Source of the DNA: Candidatus Kaiserbacteria bacterium
GTDB lineage: Bacteria; Patescibacteriota; Minisyncoccia; Phycocordibacterales; UBA2100
Assembly (NCBI GenBank): GCA_016186765.1
Contig: JACPLD010000001.1
Location: 42,560 to 106,559 of the forward strand
Direction of reading: 5' to 3'
DNA length: 64,000 nt
The position numbers and the translations under genes are program-made. The notes beneath the pieces were generated by a model, which was not told the DNA's origin, did not search any database, and was given only the letters and a program-made list of their open reading frames with translations. How positions within the stretch are numbered: position 1 is the stretch's first letter; every line of letters begins with the position of its first letter. Of the stretch, positions 47,321 through 56,947 are shown one piece after another.

Positions 47321-47527
47321 ATGCAAGAGCCGCAGCTCGTTGAGGGAGTCATCGAAGAAGCACTCCCCAACACCCTCTTCCGCGTGAAAACGAAAGAGGG
47401 GGAAACGATGCTTGCCTACTTGGCGGGAAAGATGCGGCTCCATCGGATCAAGGTGCTCGTCGGTGACAAAGTCACGTTGCAGCTTGATCCATACGGTGGC
47501 CGAGCCCGGATCATTCGAAGGGTGTAG
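47321..47527 (+). CDS. infA: Translation initiation factor IF-1
   Basis: EALPNTLFRV, AGKMR, GDKV. Confidence 0.96.
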   Translation: MQEPQLVEGVIEEALPNTLFRVKTKEGETMLAYLAGKMRLHRIKVLVGDKVTLQLDPYGGRARIIRRV

Positions 47528-47539
47528 CGTGCATAGACC

Positions 47540-47653
47540 ATGAAAGTAAAAGCTTCAGTCAAGAAGATTTGCATGAACTGCCGCGTCGTCCGAAGGCGCG
47601 GCCGCGTGTGGGTTATTTGTACGAACCCCCGCCACAAACAGCGGCAGGGCTAA
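47540..47653 (+). CDS. rpmJ: 50S ribosomal protein L36 (below ORF-track cutoff)
   Basis: [37 protein letters not shown]. Confidence 0.97.
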   Translation: MKVKASVKKICMNCRVVRRRGRVWVICTNPRHKQRQG

Positions 47654-47658
47654 GTAGT

Positions 47659-48039
47659 ATGCGTATTGCAGGAGTCACCATACCGGATGGGAAACGCTTG
47701 GAGATAGCACTCACCGCGATTTACGGCGTCGGCAGACCGCGCGCACTTTCGACACTCGAGACTCTCGGGATCAATCCGGGGAAGCGCTCGTCTGAATTGA
47801 GTGCGAAAGAAGAGAGCTCTCTGCGCGAGGCGATAGAGAAATTCAAGATCGAAGGCGAACTGCGCCGCGAGATAAGCGGGAACGTCCGTCGCCTCAAAGA
47901 TATCAAGACATACCGAGGTGTGCGACACACAAAGAAACTTCCCGTGCGCGGCCAGCGCACGCGAACAAACTCGCGAACCGTTCGCGGCAATGTGCGAAAG
48001 ACCATGACATCGGGTCGCCGCAAGCTCGAAAAGACATAA
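47659..48039 (+). CDS. rpsM: 30S ribosomal protein S13
   Basis: MRIAGV, LPVRGQRTRTN. Confidence 0.97.
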   Translation: MRIAGVTIPDGKRLEIALTAIYGVGRPRALSTLETLGINPGKRSSELSAKEESSLREAIEKFKIEGELRREISGNVRRLKDIKTYRGVRHTKKLPVRGQRTRTNSRTVRGNVRKTMTSGRRKLEKT

Positions 48040-48043
48040 ACCT

Positions 48044-48478
48044 ATGGGGAAAAAACGAATCATCAGAAAATCCGGCGGTACCGTCGATCAGGGACTCAAG
48101 TCCCGATCGCTGGCGCGTGTCGCGAAAAAGAATATCATCGCGGGCACACTGCACATTCACGCAACCTACAACAACACGAAAGTGCTGCTCTCCGATAAAG
48201 AGGGCAACGCGGTTGCGTGGTCATCCTCTGGGGCGCTCGGGTTCTCAGGTGCAAAGAAAGGAACGCCCTTTGCTGCAGCGAAAGTAGGCGAGCTCGTCGG
48301 CGACAAGGCGAATATCATCGGTGTCAAAGAAGTCGATGTCGTCATTCGCGGCGTCGGGGCAGGAAGAGAATCTGCACTTCGCGGTTTTGCGGGAAAGGGC
48401 ATCGAGATCAGCCGCATCGCCGATCAGACCCCCGTACCGCACAACGGTCCGCGACCGCCGAAACCCCGAAGGGTCTAG
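48044..48478 (+). CDS. rpsK: 30S ribosomal protein S11
   Basis: ATYNNT, KKGTPFAA, PHNGPRPPKPRRV. Confidence 0.97.
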   Translation: MGKKRIIRKSGGTVDQGLKSRSLARVAKKNIIAGTLHIHATYNNTKVLLSDKEGNAVAWSSSGALGFSGAKKGTPFAAAKVGELVGDKANIIGVKEVDVVIRGVGAGRESALRGFAGKGIEISRIADQTPVPHNGPRPPKPRRV

Positions 48479-48482
48479 TTAT

Positions 48483-48577
48483 CAGCAAACAGAAAACAGA
48501 GAACAGTATGAATGCGGCAAGAAAATTATCGTACGATCAGAGTTTCTGTTCACTGTTCACTGTCCACTGTTCACTAT
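48483..48577. repeat. Inverted pair of 7-bp-period arrays (AACAG/CTGTT family) inside the alpha operon
   Basis: CAGCAAA CAGAAAA CAGAGAA CAG ... TTTCTGT TCACTGT TCACTGT CCACTGT TCACTAT. Confidence 0.85.
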
Positions 48578-48583
48578 CCTGAT

Positions 48584-49189
48584 ATGTTGCCGATAAAATC
48601 GAAATACAAGATCGCGAAGAGACTGGGACCTGCGATTTTTGAGCAAACGCAAACGCAGAAATTCGCGCTCTCGGACGCCCGTGCGAAAAAGTCTCGGCCG
48701 CGCCGCCGCGGCGCTTCTGATTACGGTCGGCAGCTGCTCGAGAAGCAGCGCGTTCGCTACACGTATGGCATCACCGAGTCGCAGCTCGCAAACTACGTAA
48801 AAAAGGCTTACACGACAGCTGATCCTTCCACGAGCCTCCACAAGATGCTCGAGATGCGTGCAGACTCGATTGTCTACCGCGCAGCGCTCGCGCCCACGCG
48901 GCGCGCGGCGCGACAGCTTGTGAGTCACGGCCATATCCTCGTGGGCAGCGTACGCATCACGACTCCTTCCTACCGTCTCAACAAGGGAGATACGCTCAGT
49001 GTTCGGGAGGGAAGCCGCCGAGGGCCGCTCTTTGCGGTTCAAAGCGAGGAAGGTGAGACGCGGCAGGTGCCACAGTGGCTTTCGGTAGACCGGGAGACAC
49101 TCTCGATAAAGGTGACAGGCGAGCCTCTGTATGGTCCGGCCGAAACGACTCTCGACTACAAAACAGTATTTGAGTTTTACAGTCGATAA
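48584..49189 (+). CDS. rpsD: 30S ribosomal protein S4
   Basis: SDYGRQLLEKQ, ARQLVSHGH, EFYSR. Confidence 0.97.
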   Translation: MLPIKSKYKIAKRLGPAIFEQTQTQKFALSDARAKKSRPRRRGASDYGRQLLEKQRVRYTYGITESQLANYVKKAYTTADPSTSLHKMLEMRADSIVYRAALAPTRRAARQLVSHGHILVGSVRITTPSYRLNKGDTLSVREGSRRGPLFAVQSEEGETRQVPQWLSVDRETLSIKVTGEPLYGPAETTLDYKTVFEFYSR

Positions 49190-49259
49190 GTGTTGGTGTA
49201 TACTTCTCGCCGTTTTTTATTCGAATGTGTTCTAATACCAACAGGTCTGCAATGAACAT

Positions 49260-50225
49260 ATGTCTGATTACTATATAGCGCTTCCTTCGAAGCCGCGCGT
49301 GGTTTCAGAGTCGGAGCGCTGTGGCACCTACGAGGTAGATGGTCTCTACCCGGGCTATGGCTATACGCTTGGCAACTCGCTCCGGCGCATTATCCTCTCG
49401 TCGCTCCCCGGCGCCGCCATCATCCACGTCAAGATCCCCGGCGTCTCCCACGAGTTCTCGACGATCGAGGGCGTGAAGGAAGACGTCGTTACCCTCCTCC
49501 TTAACATCCGCAAGATCCGCATCAAAATCGCGGTCGATGAGCCACAAACCCTCACGCTTTCTGTAAAAGGTCCTCGCGTCATCACTGCCGCGGATCTCAA
49601 GGTGCCCGGGCAGGTCGAATTGCTGAATCCAGAGAGCTACATTGCGGAAATCACCGGCAAAGGCACGCTCGAGATCGAAATGCGGGCCGAGCGAGGATTA
49701 GGTTACGTGCCGAAGGAGGCTCATCAGAAAGAACGCGTCGAGGTCGGCGTGATCGCGCTCGACGCCATCTTCTCGCCGATACGCCGTGTGAACTACGAGG
49801 TAGAGAACATGCGCGTAGGCGACAGGACCGACTTCAACCGCCTTCGCATCCTTATCGAAACCGACGGCGCACTTTCGCCGCGCGAGGCGCTGGAGCGCTC
49901 CATCGAGACCATGATCCACCAGCTGAAGGCAATTGTCGGCTTCAAAGAAGAGGAGGTGATTGAGCTCGGTGCGAGAGCACCCGAGGTATTGCCCGAGCGG
50001 CCGGATCGCTCCGCGCCTGATTCCGAGATCCTCAAGACACGCGTATCGGAATTAAACCTTCCGCAGCGCGTTGAAGCGGCGCTCGACAATGCATCTATTC
50101 GTACCGTCGGAGGCTTGGTACGAAAACGCGAAGATGATCTGCTCGCGATCGAGGGCTTAGGGCAAAAAGGATTGCAAGAAGTGAAGCGAGCGTTGTCGAA
50201 TCTTGGACTTACCTTGAGACAATAG
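49260..50225 (+). CDS. rpoA: RNA polymerase subunit alpha
   Basis: GYTLGNSLRRIILSSLPG, HEFSTIEGVKED, alpha-CTD. Confidence 0.98.
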   Translation: MSDYYIALPSKPRVVSESERCGTYEVDGLYPGYGYTLGNSLRRIILSSLPGAAIIHVKIPGVSHEFSTIEGVKEDVVTLLLNIRKIRIKIAVDEPQTLTLSVKGPRVITAADLKVPGQVELLNPESYIAEITGKGTLEIEMRAERGLGYVPKEAHQKERVEVGVIALDAIFSPIRRVNYEVENMRVGDRTDFNRLRILIETDGALSPREALERSIETMIHQLKAIVGFKEEEVIELGARAPEVLPERPDRSAPDSEILKTRVSELNLPQRVEAALDNASIRTVGGLVRKREDDLLAIEGLGQKGLQEVKRALSNLGLTLRQ

Positions 50226-50228
50226 CCT

Positions 50229-50579
50229 ATGCGTCACCACGACCGCAACAAAAAGCTCGGCCGCGTCAAACGACAGCGCACAGCACTTCTACGAAGCCTC
50301 GCGCGCTCCCTCATCCTGCATGAGGGCATCACGACAACGGAGGGGAAGGCGAAAGCATTGCGCCCGTTTGTGGAGCGGCTCGTGACCATGAGTAAAAACG
50401 GCTCTCTTTCCCACACGCGCACGGTCGCAAAGCGGCTCGACTCCGCGCAAGCAAGTAAAAAGCTGAGTGAGCTCGCGAAACGCTACGAGAAACGTGCAGG
50501 CGGCTACACGCGCATCGTGCGGCTCGGCAGAGTGGGAAAGCGCGTCGGAGAAATGTCTCGGATTGAATTCGTCAAATAG
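50229..50579 (+). CDS. rplQ: 50S ribosomal protein L17
   Basis: MRH..KKLGR, ITTT..KAK, GGYTRI. Confidence 0.97.
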   Translation: MRHHDRNKKLGRVKRQRTALLRSLARSLILHEGITTTEGKAKALRPFVERLVTMSKNGSLSHTRTVAKRLDSAQASKKLSELAKRYEKRAGGYTRIVRLGRVGKRVGEMSRIEFVK

Positions 50580-50582
50580 CAT

Positions 50583-50930
50583 ATGAAAGAGTACACGATA
50601 GATGCTGCAGGAAAAACACTCGGAAGGGTTGCTTCGGAAGCTGCGAAAGCTCTGATGGGAAAAACCTCTGCCGATTACACGCCGCACATACGCTCGGAGG
50701 TGCGCGTGAAGATCGTAAATGTTGGCAAACTGTACATGCGCGCGCGCAAACGCTCGACCAAAACCTACACCACCTACTCTGGCTATCCGAGTGGTCGGAA
50801 AGTGGAGACCTACGCCGCACTTTCTTCGCGACGTGGCGCCGATGTTCCGCTTCGCCACGCGATCCGCCGCATGCTGCCGCGCAACACATTCTTGAAGGCA
50901 CGGATGAGACAGCTTGAGATCTCACTCTAA
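50583..50930 (+). CDS. rplM: 50S ribosomal protein L13 (short, 115 aa)
   Basis: IDAAGKTLGRVAS, YTPH, SGYPSG, MLPRN. Confidence 0.95.
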   Translation: MKEYTIDAAGKTLGRVASEAAKALMGKTSADYTPHIRSEVRVKIVNVGKLYMRARKRSTKTYTTYSGYPSGRKVETYAALSSRRGADVPLRHAIRRMLPRNTFLKARMRQLEISL

Positions 50931-50934
50931 TTTT

Positions 50935-51330
50935 ATGGCAAAAGCACACGCGTACACGGAGGCAACGGGGCGTCGCAAGACGGCGACCGCGCGCGTTCGC
51001 ATCGCAGAGGCGAAAAATGCTTCGATGGTCGTGAACGGTAAGCCCGCCGAGCAATACTTTCCGCTCCCCCTGATGCTGAAGACCGCTTACGCGCCAATGC
51101 AAACGCTCTCTGCCACATACACCGTATCAGTCAAAGTGCAGGGAGGAGGGCTCAAAGCGCAAGCCGAAGCCGTTCGTCATGGACTTTCTCGCGCGATTGC
51201 AGAGCTCGTGCCCGAACAACGCAAGGACCTGAAAGTACACGGCTTCTTGAAACGCGACCCGCGCGCGAAGGAGCGGAAGAAATTCGGCCTCAAGGCAGCC
51301 CGAAGAGCGCCGCAATGGTCGAAGCGTTAG
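50935..51330 (+). CDS. rpsI: 30S ribosomal protein S9
   Basis: GRRKTA, RDPRAKERKK, PQWSKR. Confidence 0.97.
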   Translation: MAKAHAYTEATGRRKTATARVRIAEAKNASMVVNGKPAEQYFPLPLMLKTAYAPMQTLSATYTVSVKVQGGGLKAQAEAVRHGLSRAIAELVPEQRKDLKVHGFLKRDPRAKERKKFGLKAARRAPQWSKR

Positions 51331-51465
51331 CTTCGATCATTGCGGCAAGGAGAGGGTCGGGGAACCTGCTGGTTCCCCGTGGAGGAAGGAATGGGAAAAC
51401 CGTGGGTTTCCCAGAACCGCGAGTGGAGTAAACGATAGTCCCAACTGTGGTATAATCCCGCCGCT

Positions 51466-52008
51466 ATGGCGGAGGACGATGTGCGTTTTGAAGCAGAAGA
51501 GGATCTCGGCGATGTTGCGGCGGCAAAAGCGAAGCTGAAAAAGCTGCGTGATGAGCTCGAGCGAGTGAAAAAAGAGCGGCAAGAGTACCTCGACGGTTGG
51601 CAGCGCTGCAAAGCCGACAGCATCAATCTCAAAAAAGAAGCTGAATCCCGTGCATCACGCACGGCCGAGCTGCTTCGCGAGGAGCTCATCCACGACATTA
51701 TTCCTGCGCTCGACAGCTTTGACATGGCGGCAGGAAGCGAGGCGTGGGCCTCTGTTTCCGACGGCTGGAAAAGCGGCATGGAATTGGTCCGCGACCAGCT
51801 CCTCGACGCGCTTTCGCGCCACGGCATTGAGCGGATAGGCAAGGTAGGGGAGTCGCTCGACCATGCGCGGCATGCGATCCTTGAGGAGCGAGATGATGTT
51901 GCTGGCGAAGAGGGAACGGTGGCGCGTGTCATCCGCTACGGCTACAAAACAAAAGATAGGGTCTTGCGTCCCGCGCAGGTTGTATTAAAATCTTCGCGCG
52001 CAAAATAA
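51466..52008 (+). CDS. grpE: Nucleotide exchange factor GrpE
   Basis: WQRCKAD, IIPALDSF, GY..RVLRPAQV. Confidence 0.95.
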   Translation: MAEDDVRFEAEEDLGDVAAAKAKLKKLRDELERVKKERQEYLDGWQRCKADSINLKKEAESRASRTAELLREELIHDIIPALDSFDMAAGSEAWASVSDGWKSGMELVRDQLLDALSRHGIERIGKVGESLDHARHAILEERDDVAGEEGTVARVIRYGYKTKDRVLRPAQVVLKSSRAK

Positions 52009-52023
52009 ATTCATGAACGTTAT

Positions 52024-53889
52024 ATGGCACGAATCCTGGGCATAGATTTAGGAACAACGAACTCCGCGATGGCGGCCGTTATGGTGGGCGAGCCCGAGAT
52101 CATTGAGAACGCCGAGGGCGCACGCACGACGCCCTCCGTCGTCGCGATCTCAAAGACCGGCGAAAAACTCGTCGGTCTCCTTGCGAAACGCCAGGCGGTC
52201 ACAAACCCGAAAAACACGGTCTATCAGATCAAACGCTTCATCGGACACACCTTCGACGAACCGGGTGTTGCGAAAGACCGCGAATCAGTGCCATTCGAAG
52301 TACGTAAATCGGATGGGGGTATCCAGGTGCAAATGGGTGAGAAATGGTACCGACCGGAAGAAATTTCTGCGATGATCCTCCAAAAGTTGAAGCAGGACGC
52401 CGAAGCGCGTCTCGGCGAGACGATCACCGAAGCCGTCATCACCGTCCCTGCCTACTTCAACGACTCTCAGCGACAGGCCACCAAAGATGCGGGCAGGATC
52501 GCGGGATTGGACGTAAAGCGCATCATCAACGAGCCTACCGCGGCCGCGCTCGCGTACGGCTTCAACAAAAAGAAAAATGAGAAAATCGTCGTCTTCGACT
52601 TCGGCGGCGGCACCTTTGACATCTCGGTGCTGGAAGTGGGAGACGACGTCATCGAAGTTCGCTCGACCGACGGCGATTCACATCTCGGCGGCAAGGATTT
52701 GGACCAAAAAATCATGAATTGGATCGCCGACGAGTTCAAAAAAGAAAGCGGCATTGATGTACGCAACGACCCACTCGCGCGCCAGCGCCTCGATGAGGCT
52801 GCTGAGAAGGCAAAAATCGAGCTCTCGACGGCGCTCGAAAGCGAGATAAACATCCCATTCATCACCTCTGACGCTTCTGGACCCCGACACCTCTTGATCA
52901 AGATGACACGGGCAAAACTCGAAGAGCTCGCCAGCGAATTCATTGAGCGCGCGATGGCGATTACGAAGCGCGCCATGGACGCATCGCCCTTTGCTGTAGG
53001 CGATATCAACGAAGTCGTCCTCGTCGGCGGCCAAACGCGCATGCCAGCACTTCAGAAGTCTGTTGAACAATTTTTCGCAAAGAAACCGCACATGGGCGTG
53101 AACCCGGATGAAGTCGTCGCAATTGGTGCGGCAATACAGGGAGGAATACTGCGGGGCGATGTGAAGGACGTGCTCCTTCTCGATGTCATCCCGCTCTCAC
53201 TCGGCATTGAAACCCTCGGCGGTGTGGCGACCAAACTCATCGAACGAAACACCACGATCCCGACCTCACGCGCACAGACCTTCTCGACCGCATCGGACAA
53301 TCAACCTTCGGTCGAGATCCATGTGGTGCAAGGCGAGCGCCCAATGGCCGCCGACAACAAATCGCTCGGTCGCTTCAACCTCGACGGCATTCCTCCTGCG
53401 CCGCGCGGCATGCCCCAGATCGAAGTCAGCTTCGACATCGACGCAAACGGTATCCTCACGGTGAAAGCGAAGGATAAAACAACGAACAAGGAGCAATCTA
53501 TCCGCATCGAGGGCTCGTCTGGCCTCTCGGAAACCGACATCGAGAAGATGCGTAAGGATGCCGAAGCGAACGCCGAAGCCGATCGGAAAAAGAAAGAGCT
53601 CGTCGAGGCACAGAATGCCGCCGATCAACTCGTCTACGCGGCAGAGAAAGCGCTCAAAGAGCACGGGGGGAAGGTGGGCGATGATATTAGGAAAAATGTG
53701 CAGGAGAAAATCGACGCGCTCAAAACTATACGTGGTCGTTCCGACGTACATGCCATCAAGTCTGGCTCCGATGCACTCTCAAGCGCGATGAGTGCGATAG
53801 GCGAAGCGATGTCCAAAAGGGAGCAGCCTCCACCGAGCGACCAACCCGGGCGTCCAGGCGAATCCGGTGATGAGCCACCAAAGCCATAA
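52024..53889 (+). CDS. dnaK: Chaperone DnaK
   Basis: [25 protein letters not shown]. Confidence 0.98.
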   Translation: MARILGIDLGTTNSAMAAVMVGEPEIIENAEGARTTPSVVAISKTGEKLVGLLAKRQAVTNPKNTVYQIKRFIGHTFDEPGVAKDRESVPFEVRKSDGGIQVQMGEKWYRPEEISAMILQKLKQDAEARLGETITEAVITVPAYFNDSQRQATKDAGRIAGLDVKRIINEPTAAALAYGFNKKKNEKIVVFDFGGGTFDISVLEVGDDVIEVRSTDGDSHLGGKDLDQKIMNWIADEFKKESGIDVRNDPLARQRLDEAAEKAKIELSTALESEINIPFITSDASGPRHLLIKMTRAKLEELASEFIERAMAITKRAMDASPFAVGDINEVVLVGGQTRMPALQKSVEQFFAKKPHMGVNPDEVVAIGAAIQGGILRGDVKDVLLLDVIPLSLGIETLGGVATKLIERNTTIPTSRAQTFSTASDNQPSVEIHVVQGERPMAADNKSLGRFNLDGIPPAPRGMPQIEVSFDIDANGILTVKAKDKTTNKEQSIRIEGSSGLSETDIEKMRKDAEANAEADRKKKELVEAQNAADQLVYAAEKALKEHGGKVGDDIRKNVQEKIDALKTIRGRSDVHAIKSGSDALSSAMSAIGEAMSKREQPPPSDQPGRPGESGDEPPKP

Positions 53890-53941
53890 GAATGAAGAGG
53901 TGCCTTTGCATTGCTCCTTGGGCTGTCTATAATGGGACGCG

Positions 53942-55027
53942 ATGAAAGATTATTACTCCATCCTCGGCGTTTCCAAGACGGCAACAGAAGAAGAAATAAA
54001 GAGTGCGTTCAGAAAACTAGCACATAAGTATCACCCCGACAAGAAAGGCGGCGATGAGAAGAAATTCAAAGAGGTAAGTGAGGCTTACGCGGTTCTTTCC
54101 GACAAAAAGAAGCGCGCCGAATACGACACCCACGGCCGCACCTTCGCAGGCGGAGGGCCGGGAAGCGGGGGTTTTGCTGGCTTCGACTTCGCCGACTTCG
54201 CTCGACGCGGCGGGTTCGAGAGTTTCCCGGGAGGCGGTCAGGCGTTTGAGTTTGATCTCGGCGATATCTTTGGCGAATTTTTCGGCGGTTCACCCCGAGC
54301 AAAGTCGAGGGGCAGGGATATCTCGATCGATATAGAGTTACCCTTCCGCGAGAGCGTGTTCGGCACGGAGCGCCGCATTCTCATCGCAAAGCAAGCCGTG
54401 TGTGCGACCTGCGGCGGCGGAGGTGCGAAAAAAGGATCGAAGCTCATCACCTGCACAACGTGCAATGGCAAAGGCGATATCCGCGAAACGCGCAGCTCAT
54501 TCTTCGGCACGTTCACGACAAGCCGCACGTGTCCACGCTGCAACGGCCGCGGCGAAGTACCAGAAATGCCTTGTGAGACGTGTCGCGGCGAAGGCGTAAC
54601 GAAGCGCGAAGAGGAGATACGCGTGGTGGTCCCCGCCGGCGTTGAAGACGGTGAAATGATCCGCATGCCGCGTATGGGAGAAGTGGCTCCCGGCGGAGCC
54701 TCCGGCGACCTCTATGTGAAGGTCCATGTGCGTGCGGATCGTGCATTCGCGCGCGACGGCAACAATCTCGTCACGGTGCTGCCTATCAGGCTCACCGACG
54801 CGCTGCTTGGGGGCGAATACCGCATCAAATCGCTCGACGGAGAGGAGCTGCTCACGGTTCCAGCAGGCGTTTCTCACGGAGAGATACTTCGCATACGCGG
54901 GAAGGGCGTCCCATTCGACAGAGGCATGCGCGGCGATCTCTTGGTTCGCATCGACATAGAATTCCCAAAACGACTCTCGAAGAGCGCACGCGATCTGATA
55001 GAAAAACTGCGCAAGGAGGGGTTGTAG
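53942..55027 (+). CDS. dnaJ: Chaperone DnaJ
   Basis: HPD J domain, G/F region, four CxxCxGxG repeats. Confidence 0.97.
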   Translation: MKDYYSILGVSKTATEEEIKSAFRKLAHKYHPDKKGGDEKKFKEVSEAYAVLSDKKKRAEYDTHGRTFAGGGPGSGGFAGFDFADFARRGGFESFPGGGQAFEFDLGDIFGEFFGGSPRAKSRGRDISIDIELPFRESVFGTERRILIAKQAVCATCGGGGAKKGSKLITCTTCNGKGDIRETRSSFFGTFTTSRTCPRCNGRGEVPEMPCETCRGEGVTKREEEIRVVVPAGVEDGEMIRMPRMGEVAPGGASGDLYVKVHVRADRAFARDGNNLVTVLPIRLTDALLGGEYRIKSLDGEELLTVPAGVSHGEILRIRGKGVPFDRGMRGDLLVRIDIEFPKRLSKSARDLIEKLRKEGL

Positions 55028-55033
55028 TCAGCT

Positions 55034-55114
55034 CATAGCCACTAGCCAATAGGGTTTAGGGTTGCGGTATACTTTAGGCAATGGATTTCTCTAGTGGCTA
55101 TACCCTAGTGGCTA
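55034..55114. repeat. Inverted pair of 7-bp-period arrays (TAGCCA/CTAGTGG family)
   Basis: ATAGCCA CTAGCCA ATAGGGT TTAGGGT ... CTAGTGG CTATACC CTAGTGG CTAA; second arm lies in the first codons of the next ORF. Confidence 0.85.
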
Positions 55115-55584
55115 ATTTCTTTTCCGCTATTCCGACTGATTGGTTCATCATCGGCGGCATTGTGCTTCTCTCTGCATTCGATTGCGTCCGCACAGGAGTG
55201 CGGCGCGTCTCACAGATCGCGCTTGCCTTCCCGCTTTCAGCACTCCTCATGCAAAACCTTCCAAAAGCGTTCATTCTCGGCGAAGCGGCAGCGCAATTCT
55301 CCACACCCCTCATGCAAGCACTGCTACTTGGCTTTGTGTTCGCCGTTCTCTACGTGCTCATCGGACGCATTGGCATTTCGTGGGGAGGCGAGGAAGGGCA
55401 GCCGATTCAAGCAGCGCTCGCCGGCGTGGCGAGCGCAGGCATCGTCACGACTATGTGGATCGCGACGCCCGCGCTCGACTCGCTGTGGCATTTTGGCCCA
55501 CAGGTGCAAGAGATTTTCGGGGAAGCCTATCGTTTCTGGTGGCTCTTGGGCTCGCTTGCAGCACTTGCCTACGTGCGAGGCTAA
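55081..55584 (+). CDS. Hypothetical membrane protein
   Basis: Four to five hydrophobic helices; TATACT 7 nt before ATG. Confidence 0.75.
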   Translation: MDFSSGYTLVANFFSAIPTDWFIIGGIVLLSAFDCVRTGVRRVSQIALAFPLSALLMQNLPKAFILGEAAAQFSTPLMQALLLGFVFAVLYVLIGRIGISWGGEEGQPIQAALAGVASAGIVTTMWIATPALDSLWHFGPQVQEIFGEAYRFWWLLGSLAALAYVRG

Positions 55585-55692
55585 AAGAATCCGGGGACTG
55601 TCCGGGTTTAGTGATCTTGCCTGCCGTGTGCAGACGTGGCATATTCAGTCGGGCAATAACATAGAGCAACAACATAGAACAGAGAGGATGAG

Positions 55693-56310
55693 ATGTTCAA
55701 CCCTGCCTTTTGGGGACAGGCGGCGGGACTTCTCAATCTTGCCGCCTTTGTTCCATACGTCTTGGCAATATTCGGATGGGGAATTGGACTGAACAGCCGA
55801 GTTCTCCGCCAAATTGAGCCGACAAAACCCAACAGAGCCACGTGGTTCATCTGGGCCTTCGTCGGAGCGGTAATGCTTCCCGCCTACTCCCAATCGGGAG
55901 CAGAGGAAACGATTTGGGTACCAGCTGCGTTGACAGCCGGACCCCTCATCGTGGCGCTGCTTTCGCTGAAGTGGGGAGAAGGAGGGTGGACGCGCTTCGA
56001 TCAAGCGTGCCTCGCTGGCGCCTGCGTGAGCGTTGCCATGTGGTACATCACCGGATCACCCATCGTTGGACTTCTGTTCATTCTAGCGACGGACGGGTTC
56101 GGTGCGCTAGCGACGATACGCCACGCGTATCGTCGTCCCGAGGAGGAAAACCGACTCGCATGGACACTCTTTCTCGTCGGCGACGTGGCCAACCTCCTTG
56201 CCGTGACCGACTGGTCGTGGTCGGCATTCCCAATCTGGTGTCTGCCCGTCGCACTGGTTGTGTACACGGCTCCCGTCACTATGCTTCTGTACGGGAAGAG
56301 AAAAACTTGA
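55693..56310 (+). CDS. Hypothetical multi-pass membrane protein
   Basis: About seven hydrophobic helices; KPNRATWFIW and PEEENRLAW internal repeat. Confidence 0.75.
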   Translation: MFNPAFWGQAAGLLNLAAFVPYVLAIFGWGIGLNSRVLRQIEPTKPNRATWFIWAFVGAVMLPAYSQSGAEETIWVPAALTAGPLIVALLSLKWGEGGWTRFDQACLAGACVSVAMWYITGSPIVGLLFILATDGFGALATIRHAYRRPEEENRLAWTLFLVGDVANLLAVTDWSWSAFPIWCLPVALVVYTAPVTMLLYGKRKT

Positions 56311-56337
56311 CCCGCTGGCGTGGAATCCAGCGGGTCA
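56308..56337. terminator. Bidirectional terminator-like hairpin
   Basis: TGACCCGCTGG...CCAGCGGGTCA between convergent genes. Confidence 0.7.
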
Positions 56338-56341
56338 TTTC

Positions 56342-56860
56342 TTAATCGCGTGCGCATAGCACGAGCATGCAGAGCGCAACTGCGCTCACCCACACGTCAC
56401 CTCCTGGATGCCGTATGGATGCTGCGGCAGCTTCGATGTTCTCGAGCTCGAGGTCGGCGATCTTGCAGCCGAACTTGACCTCAAACATTTCTCTCGCGAG
56501 CCACTGCGCAGTTCGCGCGGCATCTTCCCTGCTCGACGCATGGCCGTGGTATTCCGAAAGATACCCGGCGCGATTTGGATCCTTCGGCTTCACGACGCCG
56601 ACCGAAGCCGACGCCCACCTGTCGGGCACGTCGGTATCTTCACGAGCCATCACGCAAAACGTGATGGCACCGAGCTTCAGCATAGCGAAGCCCTCTCCCG
56701 GCGTGATGATTTTGCATCCCGCCGGCAAAATGCTGGAAACCGCGACAAGGTTGTGCGCGATCGGACCAGCATTGAGAAGCGCATTTTCGAAGGCGTGCAG
56801 CCGGTTTAGATGTGTCCCGGTGCCAGCCACGAAAAAAGCATATTGCGGCACGAGGTTCAT
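56342..56860 (-). CDS. Pyruvoyl-dependent arginine decarboxylase family protein
   Basis: AFENALLNAG, NLVAVSSILP (Ser-Ser self-cleavage site), GYLSEYH; AGGAGG upstream. Confidence 0.88.
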   Translation of the reverse strand: MNLVPQYAFFVAGTGTHLNRLHAFENALLNAGPIAHNLVAVSSILPAGCKIITPGEGFAMLKLGAITFCVMAREDTDVPDRWASASVGVVKPKDPNRAGYLSEYHGHASSREDAARTAQWLAREMFEVKFGCKIADLELENIEAAAASIRHPGGDVWVSAVALCMLVLCARD

Positions 56861-56947
56861 CACGAGCCTCCTTCTTGCTTGACCCTGTGATCGCTCGACT
56901 CTTTCTGCTTGGCAGTGAACGTGCGAGCCGTGCGTACTATACAGGTA

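Noticed and set aside
50583-50930. rplM as a pseudogene because it is short
   Set aside because: Frame is intact, core motifs are present and spacing to rplQ and rpsI is tight; more likely a trimmed but functional L13
51331-51465. CIRCE operator before grpE-dnaK-dnaJ
   Set aside because: No TTAGCACTC-N9-GAGTGCTAA match and no hrcA adjacent
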